A stretch of 64,000 nt of DNA from Halobacteriovoraceae bacterium (lineage in GTDB: Bacteria; Bdellovibrionota; Bacteriovoracia; Bacteriovoracales; Bacteriovoracaceae), in NCBI GenBank assembly GCA_963719505.1, contig CAVRCF010000005.1, positions 416,001 through 480,000 on the forward strand, in the 5' to 3' direction. Below are positions 1-9,994 of the stretch, in pieces. Each line of letters starts with the position of its first letter. Position 1 is the stretch's first letter. Position numbers and translations under genes: made by a program. The notes under the pieces are model-generated. The model searched no databases. It saw only the letters and a list, made by a program, of their open reading frames with translations, and was not told the DNA's origin.

Positions 1-10
1 CAAAAAAGAC

Positions 11-1150
11 ATGCTTCCGCTTAAATCCATTTCAAAAATAGCGACACAAGAAGATATTGCCACTGAAAAAGACACCTATAAAAAGCAAAAAGAAACGGAA
101 ACTCTTTGTCAAAAACTCATTGATAAGCACAATCTCCAGATGAACCTCACCCACGTGGAATTTACTGGATATGGTAAAAAGGTTGTTTTCTACTTTATCG
201 CACCGGCTAGAGTAGACTTCAGAGGCTTAGTAAGAGATCTCGTTGCAGAATTAAAACTTCGTATCGAACTTCGACAAATATCAGTAAGAGATAGATCGGC
301 ATCAATGGGAGCACTAGGCCCATGTGGTCGCGAGTTATGTTGTTCATCATTTTTAACAAAGTACGGTAACGTCTCTGTTAAAATGGCGAAAAACCAAAAT
401 CTCACTCTCAACTACAGCAAGCTCAACGGAGTTTGTGGTCAGTTAAAGTGTTGTCTCCAGTATGAGGATGATGTCTATTCAGCTAAAAGAAAGAAAATGC
501 CCGATGAGGGACAGTTCATTGAAACAAGTGATGGGAGAATGGGAAAAGTTCTTAGAATCCATATCCTCTCAGAACAATTCGATATGCTCACAAATAAAGG
601 TCATATCAGAAGATATGTCGCCTCAATGATGGTTAAAAAAATTAAAATGGAAGAGGCTGATATGCCTCGAAAGTTTGATCATATCTCGGATGAGACCTCT
701 ACAATTATAGGTCTATCTGAAAAAGAAGCAGCCGACTCTAGACTTTATCAACAAGAGATAGATGACCTTACGGGAAAATCTCACAAGTATGCCTTTGACA
801 CTTACTATGATCTCACTGGACTAGATAAGCCTGAATATGAGATGCGCCAAGCTCCTCCTGAAAGCGATAAAAAAGAGATTAAAATAAATATGCCAAGCCA
901 AGCTGATATCGCTGAGGCAAAAAAGAACTCCGATCTCCAAGCACAAAGCGAAGACTATACTCAGAACGATAAAATCAATCAAGACTACAAATCAGAGGAA
1001 AGATCTTATCCGGTCAACTCTGAAGCTGATTCAAAAACAGGTCAAGAGAAAAAACCTGAGAAGAAAAATAATCGCAACAGAAACCGCAACAGAAATAAAA
1101 ATCGCAACAAGAGCACTTCTCAAAGTAAGCCTTCAAAGCCCACAAGTTAA
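11..1150 (+). CDS. PSP1-domain protein (RicT/YaaT family); probably 5'-truncated by the window edge
   Basis: Motifs RVDFRGLVRDL, RIELRQI, GPCGRELCCS, KLNGVCGQLKCCLQYE; low-complexity N/R/K tail. Confidence 0.9.
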   Translation: MLPLKSISKIATQEDIATEKDTYKKQKETETLCQKLIDKHNLQMNLTHVEFTGYGKKVVFYFIAPARVDFRGLVRDLVAELKLRIELRQISVRDRSASMGALGPCGRELCCSSFLTKYGNVSVKMAKNQNLTLNYSKLNGVCGQLKCCLQYEDDVYSAKRKKMPDEGQFIETSDGRMGKVLRIHILSEQFDMLTNKGHIRRYVASMMVKKIKMEEADMPRKFDHISDETSTIIGLSEKEAADSRLYQQEIDDLTGKSHKYAFDTYYDLTGLDKPEYEMRQAPPESDKKEIKINMPSQADIAEAKKNSDLQAQSEDYTQNDKINQDYKSEERSYPVNSEADSKTGQEKKPEKKNNRNRNRNRNKNRNKSTSQSKPSKPTS

Positions 1151-1159
1151 TCTCAACTT

Positions 1160-2350
1160 ATGACGGCTAAGATATGGCATACATCTGACTGGCACCTTGG
1201 TAAAAAGCTTTTTAAAAAAAGTCGAATTGAGGAGCAAAAGCTTTTTCTTGATTGGCTCTTTCAACAAATCAAAACACAACAAGTTGATGCTCTTATCATC
1301 GCTGGTGATATCTTTGATACACCCACTCCACCAAACGATGCTCTTGATTTATACTTCTCTTTTTTAGAAGAGGTCTCAAGTCAAACGAAGACCCATATTA
1401 TTATCATCTCGGGTAACCACGATTCAGCAAATTTTATTCAAGCTCCGGCCAGTATTTTAAAAAAACATAATATTCACATCAGAACACGTCTGGAAAAAGA
1501 CTTTGAAAAAAATATTATCACCCTCGACCTTAAAGGTGAGAAATACCACTTTAAATGTCTTCCTTACTTTCGAACCTATGAGCTGTATCAGTTCCTAGAT
1601 TCTGATACTGAATTAGACCCAACTGATGTTGAAAAGGTTCTTACGGATTTTTCTAATTTTTGGCCTACCTCTGATAAAAAAGCGTTTCACATTATCGTGG
1701 CCCATCATGCTTTTGGAGAGTTCTCTGCAACGGGAAGTGAGCATACAGTTTCCGTTATGGGTCTAGAGAATTTAAGTCTTAAGTGGTTTGGAGATAGCTT
1801 CGACTATATCGCTCTTGGACATATTCACAAGCCCCAAAAAATGAGCACAACGAAAAGTATTCACTATAGCGGCTCCCCCATCCCTTTGCGCTTTTCTGAA
1901 AAGCAGACAAAAAAGATACTTATCGTTAATACCAATGGTGCCCAGGTAGAATCAATAGATATACCTAAATTCAGAGAGATCATTCAAATAAGCTCCACTG
2001 AGGATCTTATTGAAGATAAGCTCTCAGAAGTCCTTGCAACTCTAGAGCACAAAGAGCTTGAAGCCTTTATTGAAATCAAATTAAAAATGACCACTCCTAA
2101 TAATGAATTAACGAACTCCCTTTTTGAAAAAATAAAGGCTGCTGGTCACACACTTTTATCACTGATCCCTAGTTACGAATCGATTGAGAGAACTCAGCAA
2201 AAAGAGCGTATTAATATAAATGAGCTCAATTTAAATGATCTCTTTAAACTCTACTATCAAGAAAAGTACCCTGAAAACGAAGCTCCCCCAGCTGAGCTTG
2301 AAATTCAATTTAGAAAACTTCTAGAAGACGTTAATCATGAAGTTTCTTAA
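1160..2350 (+). CDS. sbcD: Exonuclease SbcCD subunit D
   Basis: Metallophosphoesterase motifs HTSDWHLG, AGDIFD, GNHDS, YIALGHIH, YSGSP; overlaps sbcC. Confidence 0.95.
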   Translation: MTAKIWHTSDWHLGKKLFKKSRIEEQKLFLDWLFQQIKTQQVDALIIAGDIFDTPTPPNDALDLYFSFLEEVSSQTKTHIIIISGNHDSANFIQAPASILKKHNIHIRTRLEKDFEKNIITLDLKGEKYHFKCLPYFRTYELYQFLDSDTELDPTDVEKVLTDFSNFWPTSDKKAFHIIVAHHAFGEFSATGSEHTVSVMGLENLSLKWFGDSFDYIALGHIHKPQKMSTTKSIHYSGSPIPLRFSEKQTKKILIVNTNGAQVESIDIPKFREIIQISSTEDLIEDKLSEVLATLEHKELEAFIEIKLKMTTPNNELTNSLFEKIKAAGHTLLSLIPSYESIERTQQKERININELNLNDLFKLYYQEKYPENEAPPAELEIQFRKLLEDVNHEVS

Positions 2351-5300
2351 CTTACAGATTGAAAACATTGCCTCTTTAAAGGGAAAACATAAGATTGATT
2401 TTCAAGACATCGAAAACTATACCAATGTTTTTGCTATCACCGGGGATACGGGTTCTGGAAAGTCCACGATTCTCAATTGTCTTTCTCTAGCCTTCTACGG
2501 TCAAAACTATAAAAAAAGTCTCAACCAGATGGACTTTATTACTCTGAACGAACCAAAAGGCTCAGTATCAGTGCAGGCCCAACTCGATGGAGCCATCTAC
2601 AAATTTAATTGGAGTTGTAGACTCAAGAAAAAAAATGGCGAGGATTTAAAGAATCCTAAACCCAAAAGAGAATTTTTTATAAGAAATAAAGGAGCTTGGG
2701 ATCCCATAGAGAAAACGCCTGAAGAAATTGTTAAACTAAGTTTTGACCAGTTTTGTAAGACGATCATTCTCAACCAGGGAGATTTTGCAAAATTTTTGAC
2801 AAGTAGTTTTACTGACAGAAAAGAGATACTAGAGAGGTTCTACGAAGGCATCAATCTGGATAGGATTTCCACAGTGGCCAGACAAAATCTTAACGCTGTA
2901 AAGGAACAAATAGCACTTCTTGAATCAAAAAGACAGGGTCTTACTCAAAGTAGTGACGAAGGTATAAGTAAAGATGACCTAAATCAAGAAGTTACAGAGA
3001 AAAAGAAAACAAATGCACAGCTGGAAAGCCTTAGTAAAAATTTGAAAAATAATAGTCAAGTGCTTCGAGATATCACAAAGACACAGCAAACAATAGAGGC
3101 ATCCAATGAGAGGCTGATAAAAATAAAAAAAGATCTCGAAGAAATTACGAAAGAGCATAATCAAAGAAAGGTCTCTCTTGATCAGATAAACAAAAGCGCA
3201 ATTGAGTTTGATAAAAAATTCAAACAAAAAGAGCCTGTCTTTAGAGCTGGTATAAAGAAAAAAGAGAAAATTGACCAGCTTGAGATTCAAAAAGAAAGAG
3301 TACGCATTGAACAAAAAAATGCAGAAGAAACGCTTAAAAAAATTCAAATAAGACTGGAAGAAACCCTCAATGCAATAGCTAAAAAAGAGGAAGAAAGAGA
3401 CGTCATCAAAATTGAAATAAAGGAAATTTCAAAAGAACAGGCAAGAGAGACTGAGACACTATTAAAAGAGAACATAACCAAAATCCAAAACCTTGAAATA
3501 AAGAAACGAGATGTTTTATCCCTAGCGACGACAAATGACGGCACTCAAAAAGAAGCTGAATTAATCAAAAAAGAGATAAAAGGGGTTGACCAAAATGAAG
3601 TTGACTCAAAGATAGCAATCCTAAAAAATAGAATAGAGCAACTCAACTCTACCCGCGACTCTTTAAACGAAACTGAAAATGGCCTTAAGCAACTAGCGAT
3701 GCAATACGAGGACACGAAGAACCAAGTTTCTCTTTATAAAAAAGATATGCTCAAATTGAGTGAAGAGATATCGAGAATCTCTAATGAGATAAAAAAGCTT
3801 GAGCAAGATGTTGAGAACTTAAACACGAGTATTAAGTACTATGACCTTATTGAGGCCATTCACGAGTGCCAAGACCAAACGATAAAAGACGGAAAATGCG
3901 TGGTATGCAACGCGACTAATATCACAAATCTTCCCTCTATCGACATGGAAGGTCTGGAAAAAAGAAATGATTTGAAATCTCAAAAAGAAGAGAAACTTCT
4001 TATTTTAAATCAGCTTGGGAAGACAAGCGAAAACACAAAAGGTCGACTCTCGACTCTAGACAAAGAGCACTCCCAAAAACTGAATCAATATAAAGATCTT
4101 GGAGAAAGAAAAGAGGCACTCCAAAAAGAACACACTACTTTATTGGCAAAGGCCCAAGACCTTAAAAACAAAAGTGAGTTAGAAGAAAAACTTGAAACAC
4201 TGAGGAAAACAAAAAATGAAAATGAATTCAACCTCAAACAAATTGAAAACTTAAGATCAAAGTATAAAGAGACGAAAACTAAAATAGAATCTCTAAGCTC
4301 ACAAGTTGCCTCCGATAAAAAGGAAATTGAGGGTTCCATTGAAAAGATTCAAAATCTCTTGGGACAAAAGCTAGAAGCAAAAGAGCTTTTAGCGCAACTA
4401 GAGGATTTATCTCAAAAACGCTCTATATCTGAGCAGCTCTTAACCTTAAAGAAGGTGGAAAAATCAACAAATGAAGAGATTGATAATCTTAAAGAGCAGC
4501 AAAAGCAAAAAAAGGTTTTTGAAGCAGAAACCCTAACTGAAGTTGATCTTTTAAAAAACTCTATAAAGAGCACATGTGAAAGTGATAACCCTGAACAACA
4601 ACTCAATTTACTAAACAAAGAAAAAGATGAACTCTCAGTAGAAAAAGACAAGATAAAAGAACAATTTAATAAAGTAGAGATTCAAAAAGCTGATGCCAAC
4701 TCCAGATTTAAAAACTATACCGAACAGATTGATAGCTCAAAAGATCTGATAAATTCAACAATCGTTGACCTCGACTTTAATCTTGAAAGTGACGTTGTAG
4801 AAAAATATCAATACAATATTCTTTCCTCACTTAAAAAACTAAAGACATATGATCAAATAAATTTTGAGTCGTTGAGAGAAACTTTTCAAAGTCTTATCGA
4901 TTTTGAAAAGATGCATGACAATATCAAAAAAACAAATAAGGATGAATTGATTAGGGCCCAAACCAAGCTTGAACAAATCTTGGAAGTAGAGCAAAAAATG
5001 GGAAAGATCGAAAAAGACCTTGAAGTTTTATTAGATCAGAAAAACCAGCTCACTGACCTCTATGACATTGTTGGAGCCGATCAATTTAGAAATTTTGTTC
5101 TCTCAAACATTGAAAAGAATCTTATTGATCAGACAAATATCGAACTTGGGAAGCTTTGCGATGAAAGATATCAAATAGTCCAATTTAAAAAGAATGCAAA
5201 GTCAGCTCCAGAGTTCTATATCATCGACAGATATAAGGCGGGTCTCAATAGGAAAATAACAACTCTCTCCGGAGGAGAGACTTTTATGGTTTCACTGGCC

Positions 5301-5552
5301 ATGGCACTTGCCCTTTCAGAGCTTACAAGAGGGACACGGGAAATTGACACCCTCTTTATTGATGAAGGATTTGGCACACTTGATGAAGAAAGTCTTGAGG
5401 AAGTCGTGGAGATGCTTCTGTCAATGAGTAACAGAGGAAAAACTGTAGGACTTATAACCCATGTGAAAAGGCTATCAGAAAGAATCGCAGTCAATATTCA
5501 CTTGGAAAAAAGTCAACAAGGAAATTCTACAATCGATCTTCGCTTTCAATAA
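2337..5552 (+). CDS. sbcC: Exonuclease SbcCD subunit C (SMC/Rad50-like ATPase)
   Basis: Walker A GDTGSGKS, long coiled coils, CVVC zinc hook, LSGGE signature, Walker B LFIDEGFGTLD. Confidence 0.95.
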   Translation: MKFLNLQIENIASLKGKHKIDFQDIENYTNVFAITGDTGSGKSTILNCLSLAFYGQNYKKSLNQMDFITLNEPKGSVSVQAQLDGAIYKFNWSCRLKKKNGEDLKNPKPKREFFIRNKGAWDPIEKTPEEIVKLSFDQFCKTIILNQGDFAKFLTSSFTDRKEILERFYEGINLDRISTVARQNLNAVKEQIALLESKRQGLTQSSDEGISKDDLNQEVTEKKKTNAQLESLSKNLKNNSQVLRDITKTQQTIEASNERLIKIKKDLEEITKEHNQRKVSLDQINKSAIEFDKKFKQKEPVFRAGIKKKEKIDQLEIQKERVRIEQKNAEETLKKIQIRLEETLNAIAKKEEERDVIKIEIKEISKEQARETETLLKENITKIQNLEIKKRDVLSLATTNDGTQKEAELIKKEIKGVDQNEVDSKIAILKNRIEQLNSTRDSLNETENGLKQLAMQYEDTKNQVSLYKKDMLKLSEEISRISNEIKKLEQDVENLNTSIKYYDLIEAIHECQDQTIKDGKCVVCNATNITNLPSIDMEGLEKRNDLKSQKEEKLLILNQLGKTSENTKGRLSTLDKEHSQKLNQYKDLGERKEALQKEHTTLLAKAQDLKNKSELEEKLETLRKTKNENEFNLKQIENLRSKYKETKTKIESLSSQVASDKKEIEGSIEKIQNLLGQKLEAKELLAQLEDLSQKRSISEQLLTLKKVEKSTNEEIDNLKEQQKQKKVFEAETLTEVDLLKNSIKSTCESDNPEQQLNLLNKEKDELSVEKDKIKEQFNKVEIQKADANSRFKNYTEQIDSSKDLINSTIVDLDFNLESDVVEKYQYNILSSLKKLKTYDQINFESLRETFQSLIDFEKMHDNIKKTNKDELIRAQTKLEQILEVEQKMGKIEKDLEVLLDQKNQLTDLYDIVGADQFRNFVLSNIEKNLIDQTNIELGKLCDERYQIVQFKKNAKSAPEFYIIDRYKAGLNRKITTLSGGETFMVSLAMALALSELTRGTREIDTLFIDEGFGTLDEESLEEVVEMLLSMSNRGKTVGLITHVKRLSERIAVNIHLEKSQQGNSTIDLRFQ

Positions 5553-5555
5553 GCT

Positions 5556-6335
5556 CTAGTATCCAAGCTGAGCTTTTCGTTTAGCGACACCATCAACCAG
5601 ACGTGCTTGTGCCGAGATGAATCCATAACTATAGCTTGTGAGCACTTGATTTACTTTTAGAAAGCTTTTGTTATCTCTTGTCACCCTGATAAATTCTCTA
5701 AGCTCAGGTATCGATAGATTTTTTACCCTGCTGTAAAGAAATTCAAAATACAGTTCTCGGTACTGTTCAACGCTGATGAGTGCTTCATTATCTACTTTTT
5801 GGGCCACCTCATTGGAGTCCTGTAAAATAGCGGCTGCTTTCTTTCTGTCGAGATAAGTAGTCTTGTAGGACTTGTATTCCTCTATCAAGATGGGCTCATG
5901 TCCCAAGATATTATATAAAGAAATAATAAGAGGCTTAAGCTTTGGATGCATCTGCTTTTTAACATCTGCAAGGACAACGGGATAAATTTCAAAAAAATCA
6001 ACCGATGTTATCGTTTTAACCACAAATGGATTGTGATAAAGCTTCAGTGCACTTTCCAACTCTTGAATGGTAACGAATTGGGCAAGGTTTGAACGAAGCC
6101 CTTTTTCAAAAGATAAAAGGTTTAAACCTAAAAGAATTTGTCTGTGTCTATCGTTTGGCTTTTTATAGTTTAGATAAGCCGGGATGTCCTCATCAGACTT
6201 TATGACTTTAACGAAATCGATCCATTTATCTATTTGAGTCAGATCTATGATCTCGTTGACGGTTTTAAACCGAGTGGTTTCATTTGCATTCAAAGAGGCA
6301 ATAAAAAAAGCCGATAAGAGTATAATTATTTTCAT
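5556..6335 (-). CDS. Hypothetical exported protein
   Basis: 259-aa ORF with signal peptide MKIIILLSAFFIASLNA; no family recognised. Confidence 0.7.
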   Translation of the reverse strand: MKIIILLSAFFIASLNANETTRFKTVNEIIDLTQIDKWIDFVKVIKSDEDIPAYLNYKKPNDRHRQILLGLNLLSFEKGLRSNLAQFVTIQELESALKLYHNPFVVKTITSVDFFEIYPVVLADVKKQMHPKLKPLIISLYNILGHEPILIEEYKSYKTTYLDRKKAAAILQDSNEVAQKVDNEALISVEQYRELYFEFLYSRVKNLSIPELREFIRVTRDNKSFLKVNQVLTSYSYGFISAQARLVDGVAKRKAQLGY

Positions 6336-6350
6336 ACTTTCTTATCGGCT
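6303..6350 (-). terminator. Intrinsic terminator downstream of asnS, overlapping the start of the 5556..6335 gene
   Basis: Minus strand AGCCGATAAGA...TCTTATCGGCT, perfect 11-bp stem followed by a T-run. Confidence 0.6.
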
Positions 6351-6368
6351 CAATTAAATAAAATATTA
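6342..6368 (-). promoter_or_regulatory. Sigma28 (FliA)-type promoter
   Basis: TAAT-N15-GCCGATAA, 6 nt upstream of the ATG at 6335. Confidence 0.65.
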
Positions 6369-6393
6369 TTAATAGACTTAAAAGATCAGGTAA

Positions 6394-7776
6394 TTAAAAT
6401 TCCACATGTCCTGGAGTTCTATGAAATGGGATAACATCTCTGATATTACTCATTCCCGTAATGTACATAACCGCTCTCTCAAATCCGAGTCCAAATCCAG
6501 AGTGAGGTACACTTCCATAGCGTCTAAGATCAAGGAACCACTTATATAAGTCCTCTTCCATATTCATCTCTTTCATTCTGTCAGTGAGTTTAGTGTAATC
6601 TTCTTCTCTTTGAGAACCACCAATAATCTCTCCAACACCTGGTACCAAAATATCCATAGCGCGAACAGTTTTACCGTCTTCATTTTGCTTCATATAAAAA
6701 GCTTTAATATCACGCGGATAGTCCGTAACAATGACAGGACCTTTAAAATGCTCATCAGTTAAAAATCTTTCGTGTTCAGTTTGCAGGTCAGCGCCCCACT
6801 CCACTTTATACTCAAATTTCTTTTTAGAATTTGAAAGAATTTCTACCGCTTGTGTGTAAGTAATTTTTGTAAAAGGTGATTTTGCGACATGGTCTAATTT
6901 TTCTAATAAACCTTTTGCCACGAACTTATTAAGAAATTCAAGCTCTGGAAGACATTCTTTCATTGCATAGTTGATCATATACTGAATATATTCAGCTCCT
7001 AAGTCAGCAACATCATCAAGATCTGCAAAAGCCACCTCAGGCTCGATCATCCAAAACTCGGCTAAGTGCCGAGCGGTGTTTGAATTCTCGCTTCTAAAAG
7101 TTGGACCAAAAGTATAGATGCTCCCCATTCCGCTGGCGAAAGCCTCACCTTCAAGCTGTCCTGTTACACATAAATAACTCTCCTTACCAAAGTAGTCTTG
7201 GGAAAAGTCCACTTCACCTTTGTCATTTTTTGGAGAATTATTAGGATCGAGTGTCGATACTCTAAAAAGCTCGCCCGCACCCTCTGCATCCATTGCCGTT
7301 ACGATTGGAGTGTTTACATAAAAGAAACCTTTATCATTAAAGAACTTATGAGTCGCTTGGGCCAAGGCGTGTCTTATTCTAAAAACGGCTCCAAAAGTAT
7401 TCGTTCTTGGTCTAAGGTGAGCAACCTCTCTTAAAAACTCCATCGACGTTCCCTTCTTCTGAAGAGGATAATCGTCGTCGGCTTTATGAAAATATTCGAC
7501 ATTGGTCGCTTGAATTTCGAATTCTTGTTTCCCTTGAGACTCAACAACTTTACCAGTCAAAAGAATAGAACTTCCCGTGCCACACTTTACAAAATCCTCA
7601 TAGCCTTCAAGAACACTATCGGCAATAATTTGCACATCGTGCTGAATCGAGCCATCGTTGAGAGTAATAAAAGTGAAGGTCTTTGACTTTCTTTGCGATT
7701 TAATCCATCCACCGATTTTAACTTCTGTTCCTATCGGTTTTTCTTTATAAAGGTTTTTGATTGTCCACAATTTCAT
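6394..7776 (-). CDS. asnS: Asparagine--tRNA ligase
   Basis: OB-fold N-terminus, HLRPRTN, GPTFRSENS, HLAEFWMIEPE, GGSQRE, PHSGFGLGFER. Confidence 0.97.
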   Translation of the reverse strand: MKLWTIKNLYKEKPIGTEVKIGGWIKSQRKSKTFTFITLNDGSIQHDVQIIADSVLEGYEDFVKCGTGSSILLTGKVVESQGKQEFEIQATNVEYFHKADDDYPLQKKGTSMEFLREVAHLRPRTNTFGAVFRIRHALAQATHKFFNDKGFFYVNTPIVTAMDAEGAGELFRVSTLDPNNSPKNDKGEVDFSQDYFGKESYLCVTGQLEGEAFASGMGSIYTFGPTFRSENSNTARHLAEFWMIEPEVAFADLDDVADLGAEYIQYMINYAMKECLPELEFLNKFVAKGLLEKLDHVAKSPFTKITYTQAVEILSNSKKKFEYKVEWGADLQTEHERFLTDEHFKGPVIVTDYPRDIKAFYMKQNEDGKTVRAMDILVPGVGEIIGGSQREEDYTKLTDRMKEMNMEEDLYKWFLDLRRYGSVPHSGFGLGFERAVMYITGMSNIRDVIPFHRTPGHVEF

Positions 7777-7792
7777 ATATTTCCTTAGGTGT

Positions 7793-8812
7793 TTATTTAA
7801 AGACTTTAGTGTGAATTTCAGTGGCCTGTGCTTTCTCTAAACGAGGTCCAAACTGAGAGACGACGACACTTGCTGCACGGCTGGCCAAAACACCTGATGA
7901 TGCCATTGTATGACCATTTGTGATGCCATAAAGAAAGGCTCCAGCGAACATATCTCCTGCACCGTTAGTATCTACAGCATCTGTTTTAAAAGGCTCAATG
8001 TCCACAAAAGAAGTCCCATCCCATATAACGGCACCGTTTTGGCCTAAAGTGATGACAAAGTTACTCGCTACCTTTTTTAATTCTTCGCGAGCATCAAGAA
8101 CCGATGTTTTACCAGTGTACTCCATAGCTTCATCTTCATTACAAAAAAGAAGATCTATGCCATCGCCGATAATTTCGTCTATATTTGCTTTAAAAAACTT
8201 AACCATATTTGGATCACTCATAGTCATCGAAGTTTTAATTCCATTTTTACGAGCAAAATTGATTGCAGAGACTGCTGCTTTTTGACCTGTTGGACTTGCA
8301 ACGAGATAGCCTTCAACATAAAGATATTTTGACGCTTTTAAAGCTTCAAGGTCTAACTCCTCTTCAGAGTAAGATGCCGTTATTCCTAAAAATGTATTCA
8401 TCGTTCTATCAGCGTCAGGCGTAACCATAACAAGGCACTTACCAGTCGTACCACTTGGTGCAGTAGCCTCCGTAAGTTTTGTCTTTACATTATTTTCTTT
8501 TAGATCATTTAAATAAAACTTTCCCGTGTCATCATTTGCAACTTTGCATGAGTAGAAGCTTTTTCCACCAAATTGAGAAATCCCGATCATCGTATTTGCA
8601 GCACTTCCACCGCACTGTTTTTTGACCGATTTAATATCTTCTTTATCTAAAGCTGTGGTTAACTCATCTTGACGGTCTTCTTCAACAAGAGTCATAAGGC
8701 CTTTTTCGACATTATTATTTTTAAAAAATTCCTCAGTAACTTTAAACTCCATATCCACTAGAGCATTACCTATTCCATAAACGTCATAATTCATTGCGCA
8801 TCCTTCATTCAA
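7793..8812 (-). CDS. PfkB-family carbohydrate/adenosine kinase (start may be 8794)
   Basis: GIGNALVD, GGSAANT and DTNGAGDMFAG PfkB signatures. Confidence 0.9.
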   Translation of the reverse strand: MNEGCAMNYDVYGIGNALVDMEFKVTEEFFKNNNVEKGLMTLVEEDRQDELTTALDKEDIKSVKKQCGGSAANTMIGISQFGGKSFYSCKVANDDTGKFYLNDLKENNVKTKLTEATAPSGTTGKCLVMVTPDADRTMNTFLGITASYSEEELDLEALKASKYLYVEGYLVASPTGQKAAVSAINFARKNGIKTSMTMSDPNMVKFFKANIDEIIGDGIDLLFCNEDEAMEYTGKTSVLDAREELKKVASNFVITLGQNGAVIWDGTSFVDIEPFKTDAVDTNGAGDMFAGAFLYGITNGHTMASSGVLASRAASVVVSQFGPRLEKAQATEIHTKVFK

Positions 8813-8865
8813 TCATAAATTTTGAGTGTTAAAACTAGAAAACTATAGCTTAGAAAATAGGAAAT

Positions 8866-8890
8866 AAAAAGCCCATACACAAGTTTGGGC
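8866..8890 (-). terminator. Probable intrinsic terminator of the 8918..9913 gene
   Basis: Minus strand GCCCAAAC-TTGT-GTATGGGC followed by TTTTT. Confidence 0.5.
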
Positions 8891-8917
8891 CTTAGGCACT
8901 ATAAAAATATCCAGACT

Positions 8918-9913
8918 TTAGATATTATAAATTCTTCTAAATTGTTTATGAGCTTCTGGGGTATTATTATTTCCATATCTCCCTATAACGCTTAACATTG
9001 TATTAAGTGAATTATAAAGGGAATCGATCCCAGAATCAGAAACTGTTAGAACCAAGTTTAGAGCTGGAATAACATCTTCATCTTTATTCTCTGCATTTCT
9101 CAAAGAAAAATAAACATCAACAAGTTCAGACTGAGAATATCTTCCCTGCGCTCTGTTTAGAGTTAATTGGTAAACATCAATTGCTTGTGGTGTATTGTTA
9201 TTTCCAATCTTAGATAAAATATTAAAGAGATTAGTCTCTAAGTCATCAATGGTGCTTCTATTTGACCTAACTGATTCAAAAAGAGTATTAAAAATCTTTA
9301 CGCCATCTTCCGGTGTATTTTCTCTATTGAGAGATTTTTTTAAGATATTAAAGGTCTTACGCAACCTTATTCCATTCGCTAGTGATTCATTTAAAATCAT
9401 CTCAAAATAATTGTGAGCTGTCGGCGTGTTGTTATTTCCTGTAATTGTATCAAGAATATCAACCATCAGTCTTACACCTTGGCCTAAAGAGACTCTGCCC
9501 ATTTGAACATTTTGTTCAATAAGATTTAGAGCCTTGATAGCATCGTCATTGGTATTTTCTGCATTCTCTAAAGTTATAATAGCATCATATCTACTCATAG
9601 GATCGATATCATAGTCAGGATAAGGACCTGGCTCAGGCATCGGGATTGGAGTCGGAGTTGGTGCTGGAGTTGGCGTAGGTGCTGGATTTGCTCCACCCAA
9701 ATTTACACATGACAATTCTTCACTTGGAAGAAAGTTTTCACGTTCATATCTTTTTTGTGTGATCTTACAGTCTTTTAATGCGTCTCTACAGCTAGCACCT
9801 TGGAAAATATTTTGACCGAGAACAGTTCCTTGGTACTGAAGTTCAACAACACAGTTTGCATTGGCTTGACCGGCGGCCATGACAAGAAAACCTGTAAATA
9901 ATAAGCTTTTCAT
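8918..9913 (-). CDS. Exported protein: Cys-containing N-domain, Pro/Thr linker, three ~78-aa helical repeats
   Basis: Signal peptide ending ANA; PAPTPTP linker; three GNNNTPxA-containing repeats. Confidence 0.75.
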   Translation of the reverse strand: MKSLLFTGFLVMAAGQANANCVVELQYQGTVLGQNIFQGASCRDALKDCKITQKRYERENFLPSEELSCVNLGGANPAPTPTPAPTPTPIPMPEPGPYPDYDIDPMSRYDAIITLENAENTNDDAIKALNLIEQNVQMGRVSLGQGVRLMVDILDTITGNNNTPTAHNYFEMILNESLANGIRLRKTFNILKKSLNRENTPEDGVKIFNTLFESVRSNRSTIDDLETNLFNILSKIGNNNTPQAIDVYQLTLNRAQGRYSQSELVDVYFSLRNAENKDEDVIPALNLVLTVSDSGIDSLYNSLNTMLSVIGRYGNNNTPEAHKQFRRIYNI

Positions 9914-9994
9914 CTTATGATTCCTTTGATTTGGGGTAATGTTAAGGAACTGGTATCATAGGGACTTTAAAGAATCAACGCGTAGTGTAATTTT

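Noticed and set aside
1066-1110. AAC/CGC-type microrepeat in the PSP1 gene
   Set aside because: Imperfect at DNA level; encodes an ordinary low-complexity NR tail.
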